From a bacterium MnTg02 (GTDB lineage: Bacteria > Pseudomonadota > Alphaproteobacteria > Rhizobiales > BFAS01), in NCBI GenBank assembly GCA_008974985.1, contig BFAS01000272.1, forward strand, positions 1-42,450: a DNA stretch of 42,450 bases, read 5' to 3'. Each line of letters opens with the position of its first letter. Within the stretch, counting starts at the first letter, position 1. The translations under genes and the position numbers were made by a program. The notes under the pieces are model-generated. The model was given only the letters and a program-made list of their open reading frames with translations. It was not told the origin of the DNA and ran no database searches. This document shows, piece after piece, positions 7,573-15,125 of the stretch.

Positions 7573-9417
7573 TCACCTACCATAAACGAGCTTGGGCAGC
7601 CATAGCGCGAGCCCTGGGAAATTATAGAGGAGAATCATCGCCACAAAGACCATTGACAGGAATGGCATACAGCCCTTGAAGATCGTGATGAGCTGAATAT
7701 GCGGCGGCGCTACGCCCTTGAGATAATACGCCGCCATGGCCATGGGCGGGGTGAGGAACGAGGTTTGCAGGTTCAGCGCGACCAAGATCCCAAAGAACAG
7801 CGGATCGACACCGAAATGCGGCAGGAGCGGCAGGAAAATCGGCACGAAGATGATAATGATTTCGCTCCATTCGAGCGGCCAACCCAACAGGAAGATGATC
7901 AACTGCGCCAATATCAGGAACATGACCGGCGACAGTTCCATGCTCAGGATGAATTCCTCGATAATCGTGTGCCCACCGAGATAGGAGAACACGGAGGAAA
8001 ATGTCCACGATCCGACAAACAGCCAGCACACCATGGCCGATGTGCGGACCGACAGGTATACGGACTCCTTGAGTTCCCTCTTGCCGATACCCTTCCATCC
8101 CATATAGGCGAGCGAGACGACGAAGAAACCGACATCGAAAGCCCACCAGCCAAATTCGTGCTCGGCGAATTTTTCGCCCAAGTTAAAACCGGCGAACATC
8201 ACCAGATAGACCGCGCCCAGTATCAATCCAATAAGAGCGCCTGTGCCGCCATAGGCGAACAGCGGGCGGATTGCCGGCGAAGTCGGTCGAAGCCGGGACA
8301 GGATCGGGATTCTGTCTCCAACAAAATGTGTGGCGGCTGCGATACCGAAAGCGACCGCAACGGCTACGCCTGGCCCAAGAGGTAAAGTCCGTTCCGTCGG
8401 CAGCGGCAAACCGAACCATGAGTTGCCCAGAATCCGAAAAATGAAATAGGCGACGTAAAGACCGACTGCCGTAACGGCACCGAAGCCAATATTGCACAAC
8501 CACTCATTATATGGCTTCGCCCGGTCCGTGGTCTCCATCCACTCCGGTATTATTTCGCCTTTTCGTATCGAGGCGATCCGATAGCCGGAGGCAAGTAGTA
8601 TGCCGCCCATGGCACCCATCGAGGCGGCCTCGGTCGGGGTTGCCAAACCGAACAGAATGGCTCCGAGCACGGCAAATATGAGGAGCGCCAATGGCACGAA
8701 GGAGGTCACCATCATGACATAGATATTGCCCTGCGCCATCATCTCATCGACGTCTTCTTGCCGCGGCTTCGGGGCAATGCTCGGATTGAGCCATGCGCGC
8801 CCTATGACGTAAATGATATAGAGGCTGGCCAGCAGGAAGCCTGGCACGATGGCGCCGGCGTAGAGACGCACGACCGACATGCTCGCCGCGGCGGCATAGA
8901 CGATCAGCATGATGCTGGGCGGGATCAGAATGCCGAGGCAGCCTCCAGCGCAGATGACGCCGGCGGAGAAGGCGGGATCATAACGGGCTTTCAACATTGC
9001 CGGAAATGCCAACAGGCCCATCAGCGTTACGACGGCGCCAATGATGCCGGATGCGGTTGCGAACAGGGCGCACGTAACCAATGCCGCGATTGCCATCGAG
9101 CCGGGCAAGCGGCGCGCCACCATTTGCAAAACAGCAAAGAGCCGGTCGACCAGATTGGCGCGTTCAACGATATAGCCCATGAAGAGGAACAGAGGGACGG
9201 CGACGAGAACGTCATTGGCCATCACGGAATAGGTTTGATTGACAAGCAAATCGAAGATTCGGTTGTCAAACAGGCTCGTCATCCGTTCTGCGTCGTAATA
9301 GGCGTAGTAGCCGAAGAACACCGCCATGCCCATCAGAGTGAAGCAGATCGGAAATCCCAACAGGATGGTGAGCACAAACAGCCCAAGCATCATCACAGCG
9401 ACTTCGGGATTGCTCAT
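7573..9417 (-). CDS. dctM: TRAP transporter large permease (DctM family), long form of 614 aa
   Basis: Polytopic membrane protein whose start overlaps the dctQ stop by 4 nt. DctM-like N- and C-terminal blocks flank an extra hydrophobic insertion of about 180 aa. Confidence 0.85.
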   Translation of the reverse strand: MSNPEVAVMMLGLFVLTILLGFPICFTLMGMAVFFGYYAYYDAERMTSLFDNRIFDLLVNQTYSVMANDVLVAVPLFLFMGYIVERANLVDRLFAVLQMVARRLPGSMAIAALVTCALFATASGIIGAVVTLMGLLAFPAMLKARYDPAFSAGVICAGGCLGILIPPSIMLIVYAAAASMSVVRLYAGAIVPGFLLASLYIIYVIGRAWLNPSIAPKPRQEDVDEMMAQGNIYVMMVTSFVPLALLIFAVLGAILFGLATPTEAASMGAMGGILLASGYRIASIRKGEIIPEWMETTDRAKPYNEWLCNIGFGAVTAVGLYVAYFIFRILGNSWFGLPLPTERTLPLGPGVAVAVAFGIAAATHFVGDRIPILSRLRPTSPAIRPLFAYGGTGALIGLILGAVYLVMFAGFNLGEKFAEHEFGWWAFDVGFFVVSLAYMGWKGIGKRELKESVYLSVRTSAMVCWLFVGSWTFSSVFSYLGGHTIIEEFILSMELSPVMFLILAQLIIFLLGWPLEWSEIIIIFVPIFLPLLPHFGVDPLFFGILVALNLQTSFLTPPMAMAAYYLKGVAPPHIQLITIFKGCMPFLSMVFVAMILLYNFPGLALWLPKLVYGR

Positions 9418-10046
9418 TGACCGGTCCCCTTCGGCATCTCGGATCGTGAACTATCTTGTTGTTGGGCGATCTCATCTTGATGCTCGTGCATCAGAACGCT
9501 TTCCAATTCCTCCACATCTTCGAGGTGGGGCGGCCATATACCGGTCTTAATACAGAGGATACAGCGGAAAACCTGCGCGATGCCCTGCAAGAATAGAAGA
9601 GAAGCCGCGACCGGTAAGACCGTCTTAAATTGCGAGATTGGTACGCCGGCGGGACTATTGATGCTCACTTCTCCCATGCCGTAATTGTAAGACCAGGATT
9701 CCAGGGCATAATCTGCGCCCGTGATCATGAACGCTAAGATGCCGGGAAAAAAGAAAATAATGTAAAGGGTGAGTTCGACTTTGGCCTGGGTCTGTGGTTT
9801 CCAAAGCCGGTAGACAACATCTCCACGGACATGCGAGTCGCGCGCCAAGGCATAGGCGCCGGCCATCATGAAGAGCGTTCCATACATCATGTAGCTTAAG
9901 TCGAACGCCCACGACGTCGGGTCGCGCAACGCGTAGCGCACGAACACCTCATAGGCGGTTCCGAATGTCAGGAGCAGGATGCACCAGGCGAAAGCCTTAC
10001 CCGCCCAAGCGGTAAAACTATCAACAAAGAAGATAAAACGTTTCAT
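9414..10046 (-). CDS. dctQ: TRAP transporter small permease (DctQ family)
   Basis: A 210-aa membrane protein with 4 TM segments, located between dctP and dctM. Confidence 0.8.
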   Translation of the reverse strand: MKRFIFFVDSFTAWAGKAFAWCILLLTFGTAYEVFVRYALRDPTSWAFDLSYMMYGTLFMMAGAYALARDSHVRGDVVYRLWKPQTQAKVELTLYIIFFFPGILAFMITGADYALESWSYNYGMGEVSINSPAGVPISQFKTVLPVAASLLFLQGIAQVFRCILCIKTGIWPPHLEDVEELESVLMHEHQDEIAQQQDSSRSEMPKGTGQ

Positions 10047-10089
10047 AGAAAAGACCCAAGGCCGTCAAAAGCATTTGAGCAAACGATCA

Positions 10090-10114
10090 GGGCGGCGCGA
10101 CATTCGCGCCGCCC
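10090..10114 (-). promoter_or_regulatory. Intercistronic GC-rich stem-loop between dctP and dctQ
   Basis: An 11-bp perfect stem, GGGCGGCGCGA (10090-10100) with TCGCGCCGCCC (10104-10114), and a 3-nt loop. On the transcribed strand a weak U-containing tract follows. Confidence 0.5.
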
Positions 10115-10162
10115 CAAGTCGATATCCGTTTGGATATTCTGTATTCCCGTTTGAGACTGCTC

Positions 10163-11311
10163 TTACGTGAATTTAGGCAGTTTACCTGGGAAGTAGTGCT
10201 CGTAGGCCAGCTTGTAGTCGGCCGCATTCACGATGTCGTAAAATGCGACTCGCTCCGACCAAGCTTTCTGACTGTCCACGACCTTCTTGAAGAATGGGTC
10301 GGCCGCATTCAGCTTTTTGAGAACCTTGTCCCAGGATTCGAGTTGGGCCGACATGATCGACGATGCTGTCCGGTAGACGTTGACGCCATCATCATTGATC
10401 AGCTTCTGCAGGTCGGTCGAATAGACGTCCATGGCCCAGCCATAGTTGGCGGTATTGGCCGCCTCGGCACCATGTTCAAGGATCGCTTGATGCTCTTTCG
10501 GCAGACCGTTGAACTTGGTCTTGTTGAAGATGATCTCAAAGAACTCGGCAGCCTGATGATAGGAGCCCATGTGATAATGTTTTGAAACGTCGGCCGCGCC
10601 GAACCGTCTATCCGCTGTCGGGTTGTTGAACTCGAAAGCTTCGATCACGCCCTTCTCAAGCGCCGGTACGATCTCGCCGCCTGGAAGCTGAGTGACCTTG
10701 AGTCCCATGCCTTGCATGATGTCCGTGGCCAAGCCGACCGTGCGGTATTTGATGCCCACCATCTGCTTGGCAGACGTGACGTGGAATTTGAACCAGCCCA
10801 AGGGTTGGGTCGGCATCGGCATGGCGAAGAAGCTGATGACGTCGAGCTTCAGGATGTCGGTTTGCAGCTCTGCTAGAAGCTCCTTACCGCCGCCATAGTG
10901 AATCCAAGCCAGGATCTGCGGTGCGTTGCAACCGAACACCGGTCCCGTGCCGAACAGTGAAGCGGCCTTGTTCTTGGAATACCAATAGGCCGTCACCGTG
11001 TGGGCAGCGTCCAAAACGCCCTTATGAACGGCATCCTGCACCTGGAACGCCTTGACCACGGCGCCCGATGGCAACAGATCAATCTTCAGACGGCCACCGG
11101 CCATCGCTACGATACGTTCGATATATTGCTTGGCCATGTCCTGGAACGGGCTCGTAGCACCCCAGGACGATTGCATTTTCAAGGTGACCGTTGCGGCACG
11201 CGATACCTGAGGCATCGCAATCGTCGCCGCTGCTGCGCCCGTGACGACAGCGCCGCCTTTCAAGAATTTACGGCGTGATACGGCTTTCTCAGCCGTGGTT
11301 TTTGCAGACAT
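10163..11311 (-). CDS. dctP: TRAP transporter substrate-binding protein (DctP family) with a Tat-type signal peptide
   Basis: Signal peptide: SRRKFLKGGAVVTGAAAATIAMPQVSRA. Length is 382 aa. It is the first gene of the P-Q-M order. Confidence 0.85.
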   Translation of the reverse strand: MSAKTTAEKAVSRRKFLKGGAVVTGAAAATIAMPQVSRAATVTLKMQSSWGATSPFQDMAKQYIERIVAMAGGRLKIDLLPSGAVVKAFQVQDAVHKGVLDAAHTVTAYWYSKNKAASLFGTGPVFGCNAPQILAWIHYGGGKELLAELQTDILKLDVISFFAMPMPTQPLGWFKFHVTSAKQMVGIKYRTVGLATDIMQGMGLKVTQLPGGEIVPALEKGVIEAFEFNNPTADRRFGAADVSKHYHMGSYHQAAEFFEIIFNKTKFNGLPKEHQAILEHGAEAANTANYGWAMDVYSTDLQKLINDDGVNVYRTASSIMSAQLESWDKVLKKLNAADPFFKKVVDSQKAWSERVAFYDIVNAADYKLAYEHYFPGKLPKFT

Positions 11312-11999
11312 TCATTTTTCCTCCCGATAGAATGAAGTCTTATGTCAAGAATAAATTGGCTCGATTAGTGAACTCAATATGCTTCAATCTTGAACGATTG
11401 AGAATATATCATAGCAGACTGCTTTTTATCGCCGCAAGCTAAACTGCCCAACAGGTCAACTCCGCGCGGCACAAGACCGGACGGCGCCATCCTAAGAGGT
11501 TTTATGGGGCGAACTCGTCTACCTATGCGAAAAACTCCTACTCGCTCTTCGAACCAATACTGTCAACGCATACATATCAGCAACGCAACCCTAAATTAGC
11601 TTGCTGAACGATAATCAGTTTATCAGCAGTGGCGACAAACGGAATAGATAAAGTCAAACTTATTTATTTAGTATTTTCGGAAATAGATACGTAAACGATC
11701 CGCCTGATGGAAAAGAAGTTGGCATTTTCGAATGTCGGCGATCGTAAGTAACGAGTTTACAAAATCTAAACGGCAGGCGCGGCACTGCCCTAATATGTGA
11801 CTGATTTCCCACAGTTTTGAGCCCAATTGGGGTCTCCGGGCCTTTCTCGCGAAGATGTCATTCCGTATGGCTTGAACGTTTGCGGCGACCTCGTCATCAT
11901 GTCAAAAGCGATCACGGTGAGAGCTCGGTCCGCAGAGATCGAGCGGTTTATGTCGTGTTCCAGCGGAATTCTAGAATGTTGAGATTGGCGTAGGAAATT

Positions 12000-12299
12000 A
12001 TGCGAGCCGGCACACGGATCGGATATTTGGCGTATTTTTTTGCAGTCGCCACTATTTTTATAGGTTGCGCGGCGGGGTTCGCTCATCCGGCGGCCGCCCT
12101 TACGAATAATTTTGGCCGGTTGATCATGACTTTTGACAATGAAAAAACGCCAATCGGATCGATCATTGTCGTGAATTGTGAGCGCCGCCTTTACTATACT
12201 CTCGGGAATGGCAGGGCAATTCGTTACCCGATTGCTATTGGTGATGCTAGGGGTGCTCAGTGGACGGGTGTTTCGATCAAAGCAAAAGAAGCGCTGTAG
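12000..12299 (+). pseudogene. Truncated L,D-transpeptidase (YkuD) paralog: signal peptide plus the N-terminal half of the domain only
   Basis: GSIIVVNCERRLYYTLGNGRAIRYPIAIGDARGAQWTG parallels GTIIVSFGDKRLYYIHRRGEAMSYPVAIPTGDASWSG of the next gene. The ORF stops before the catalytic HG...C motif. Confidence 0.5.
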
Positions 12300-12369
12300 A
12301 TCAAATAAACGTTACAAAAAAAGAACTGGGCGAATTTAAAAAGTGACGAACAATGGGAGTGATTTCACG

Positions 12370-13002
12370 ATGAACCAATTTGCGATCCGAAATTTGCTGG
12401 TGGCTGTCGGTGCCTTCGCGATGGCGTCAGCAATTGTACCGTCCGACGCGTCAGCTCAGGCTTTTTGGGAAGCAATGTTTAATAATAGCGGCGGCGGCAG
12501 TGGCCGTCAGGCTATCAAAATCAGTAAGCGCTATTCCAAAGGCACGATCATTGTCAGCTTTGGCGACAAACGGCTCTATTATATTCACCGCCGTGGCGAG
12601 GCGATGAGCTATCCGGTGGCGATCCCGACAGGAGATGCAAGCTGGTCCGGGAACAGCAATATCAGCATGAAAAAAGTCAATCCGTCTTGGACGCCGACGG
12701 CCAAGATGCGCCGCGAAAATCCGAAATTGCCGGCTTTTGTTCCCGGCGGTCATCCGCGCAATCCTCTTGGCGTACGAGCTTTGTATTTGGGACAGACGCT
12801 TTACAGGATTCACGGCACAGACGCCCCTTGGACCATTGGGACTGCCGTCTCTCATGGCTGTATCCGGATGTATAATGAGGACGTGCTCGATCTTTATCCA
12901 CGTGTGAAGATTGGCGCTCCGGTGATCGTTACCTGGAAGGGAATTCGGTCGAAACAATTCGCTGCCGTCATCAGCTCCAAGCGCAAACGAACGAGGCGAT
13001 AG
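12370..13002 (+). CDS. L,D-transpeptidase (YkuD domain)
   Basis: Contains the catalytic motif SHGCIRM and the signal peptide MNQFAIRNLLVAVGAFAMASA. GGGAG at 12355-12359 favours the ATG at 12370 over the GTG at 12343. Confidence 0.85.
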   Translation: MNQFAIRNLLVAVGAFAMASAIVPSDASAQAFWEAMFNNSGGGSGRQAIKISKRYSKGTIIVSFGDKRLYYIHRRGEAMSYPVAIPTGDASWSGNSNISMKKVNPSWTPTAKMRRENPKLPAFVPGGHPRNPLGVRALYLGQTLYRIHGTDAPWTIGTAVSHGCIRMYNEDVLDLYPRVKIGAPVIVTWKGIRSKQFAAVISSKRKRTRR

Positions 13003-13080
13003 ACGGTTTGATCGGATCGCAACGACCTTAGGGTTTTGTCGAGCGAAGACAAAACAGAAGACTTTCGTCACTTAAATTTT

Positions 13081-13104
13081 GGGCGGCTTCGGCCGCCCGT
13101 TTTT
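13081..13104 (+). terminator. Rho-independent terminator downstream of the L,D-transpeptidase gene
   Basis: GGGCGGC-TTCG-GCCGCCC followed by GTTTTT. Confidence 0.8.
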
Positions 13105-13282
13105 ATGCCGCGTTTTGGTAAATGTCGGAAAACCGTTTTGGCGCCACCAAGGTTGCTTGGTTAACCAGCCCTAAATTCCGCGCCGCTTAACCGCCTTGCC
13201 GGGAGTTCCTTGTTTTTTGGCGTGCGATGGCGACAATCGGGTCCATTGATTAATGTCATGTTAGCAATTGGACGCGGTCAGC

Positions 13283-13654
13283 ATGGTACGTCATCCAATC
13301 ATTTCAACAGCACTTGTCGCCCTAGCTCTGACCATTCTGAGCGGGGTCGCTAGTCCGCCTGCCCGCTCCGCCGAACTTGTGATGTATTTCAGTGAGAACT
13401 GCGAATATAGCGCGATTTTTGATATTGAAGTCGCGCCAAACTATCCGAAAAGTGCGATCGGGCGCGTGGCACCCTTAAAGCGTGTTTCGGTAGAGGACAA
13501 AGACGCCGGCGGTTATCGCTTGAGCGCGCCGCTTACTGTTACGCCAACATTTGTCCTTGTCGAAAACGGTGAAGAGCTGGATCGCATCACGGGTTATCCG
13601 GGCCGTGCTTATTTTGGCAAACTGGTTCGCCATCTCGTGAAACGTCACCAATAA
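13283..13654 (+). CDS. Secreted thioredoxin-fold protein (SoxS-like family) with CxxS instead of CxxC
   Basis: It has a signal peptide. YFSENCEYSAIFDIEVAPNYPK...TPTFVLVENGEELDRITGYPG matches the thioredoxin-like family as I recall it. Only one Cys sits at the active-site position. Confidence 0.55.
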   Translation: MVRHPIISTALVALALTILSGVASPPARSAELVMYFSENCEYSAIFDIEVAPNYPKSAIGRVAPLKRVSVEDKDAGGYRLSAPLTVTPTFVLVENGEELDRITGYPGRAYFGKLVRHLVKRHQ

Positions 13655-13690
13655 GAAAATCTTCCCGAATTTAGTTTTTGTGAAGCGGTA

Positions 13691-13825
13691 ATACCAATGG
13701 TCCTTGAGTTTGACTCACGAACGATTGGCGACCATTGGCAAGGGCGACTGCGCGTCGCGCCGTATGGCGCGTGAGCCTGCGTGGCGCTTGAACGCCCATC
13801 GGTTATTCTCAATGACCGATGGTAT
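13691..13825 (+). repeat. Solo full-length copy of the 135-bp palindromic element
   Basis: ATACCAATGGTCCTTGAGTTTGACTCA...CCCATCGGTTATTCTCAATGACCGATGGTAT. It lies between convergent gene ends at 13654 and 13835. Confidence 0.9.
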
Positions 13826-13834
13826 AAGCCGTCG

Positions 13835-14716
13835 TTAGGCCGCCGCGCCCTTTGCTTTATCCCTTAATTCGAAGTCAATCCGCACGCCGGTTTGTTTTCG
13901 CTCAGCCTCCGGCAGCCAATCCACATTCGGCCAAAGACCGGTGACCAGCGCATTGGCGTAAGCGTCCGGCAGCCCGGCTTCGTGCATTTTGCGGGCCGCT
14001 GTCTGGTGATCATAGTCGAGCGGCTTGTGTACAAATCGGAGCCCAAATTGATCGTCCGGATAAGCAATGCTGTACCAAACGCGCGCCGTTCCATCATTTG
14101 CAGGCATCCCGAGCGCTCCTGAATTGTGCCACGTTCGACCGCCCGGAAAATGCCGCGTAAAAGGCAGACCCGTATGGCCCGCAATAATGATATCGGCGGT
14201 TGTTTTTTGAAAATCTTGTTGGAACGTTGCCGCCGCAAGGGATTCAAAAACGAAAGTGTTGATTGAAGTCACATTGCCATGAACCACCAGAGCCCGCCGG
14301 TCCCCGCATCTAAAAATAATTTGGTGCGGCAGGCTTTTCATCCAATCTCTAAGACCGGACCCAATCTGGCGATCTGCGTGAGAGTACCATTGGGCCGATA
14401 GCGTATCGCACGCGGTTCCCTCTTCAAATCCGCATCCGCAATCGTCCGCACCGATGAATAGGCTTTCCTCGACATTGCCGAGAAGAGCAAGGGCGCCCGA
14501 ATTTTTGAGGAGTTCGGTTGTCGCTTCCGGATCCGCGCAATAGGCGACGACGTCGCCGGTGTGAATAATCCGCTCGGGCGGAATATCCAGCTTTGCCGCA
14601 GCGGCGAAGAGGGCGGTCATAGCCTCCAAATTGCTATAGGCCCCGCCGCAAACAATCAGAGGCGTATCGATTTCGCCAACATCTTTGACAACCAAAGTGC
14701 GCGCGTCCTCGTTCAT
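13835..14716 (-). CDS. Metallophosphoesterase-fold protein with degenerate metal-binding motifs
   Basis: Contains GDVVAY, GNVE, VVHGN and AGHTG blocks in the canonical order. The N-terminal DxH position reads CGGAYSN. A Cys cluster CGCGFEEGTAC is present. Confidence 0.6.
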   Translation of the reverse strand: MNEDARTLVVKDVGEIDTPLIVCGGAYSNLEAMTALFAAAAKLDIPPERIIHTGDVVAYCADPEATTELLKNSGALALLGNVEESLFIGADDCGCGFEEGTACDTLSAQWYSHADRQIGSGLRDWMKSLPHQIIFRCGDRRALVVHGNVTSINTFVFESLAAATFQQDFQKTTADIIIAGHTGLPFTRHFPGGRTWHNSGALGMPANDGTARVWYSIAYPDDQFGLRFVHKPLDYDHQTAARKMHEAGLPDAYANALVTGLWPNVDWLPEAERKQTGVRIDFELRDKAKGAAA

Positions 14717-15027
14717 GTATTTTCCTTGAAGCTAGTGGATCGAACCTGACATTTGAGTCCCGGGGCGGCAACAAAGGATACGGCCTAACTGGCGCAAATA
14801 TCGGGTCAATTTGATCCATCAGAAAAAAGTCTAGTGGTACGAAGCGTTAGATTCGAACTACTAGCGGCTGCGCTTTAACAAGGCATGGCCGGACGGCCAA
14901 TTTCACAATAAGAGCATAACGTGTCCGTCAATCCGAGAACAAGGCATTGGTGATGGAGGGCTCACCCGACTCCAGCGCTGGAAGTTGAAACACAACTCAA
15001 TTTATGTCAGTATTATTGACCTTATTT

Positions 15028-15058
15028 TAGACTTAGGTTCAAGACGTACCCATATAAT
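15028..15058 (+). promoter_or_regulatory. Candidate sigma-70-type promoter for the oxidoreductase gene
   Basis: A perfect TATAAT at 15053-15058 lies ~70 nt upstream of the ATG at 15126. The -35 is only weak (TAGACT/GACTTA region). Confidence 0.25.
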
Positions 15059-15125
15059 CTAACGTACATTGACGCTGGCTGGATGGAGGGCCATCCGCGC
15101 GCCCGTCAACGGAGGTCTCCTAAGC

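Noticed and set aside
11760-12086. 98-aa minus-strand ORF (11790..12086) and a weak hairpin (GGCAG-N8-CTGCC at 11772-11789) as a possible small gene or sRNA terminator
   Set aside because: The ORF overlaps the start of the plus-strand Ldt fragment and has no family signal. The stem is only 5 bp. The evidence is insufficient without transcript data.
14821-14900. Possible tRNA or small RNA suggested by TTCGAA-containing hairpin-like sequence (CTAGTGGTACGAAGCGTTAGATTCGAACTACTAG)
   Set aside because: I could not draw a cloverleaf. There is no acceptor stem or CCA context and no T-loop GTTCGAATC consensus. I found no other tRNA-like segment in the window by eye.
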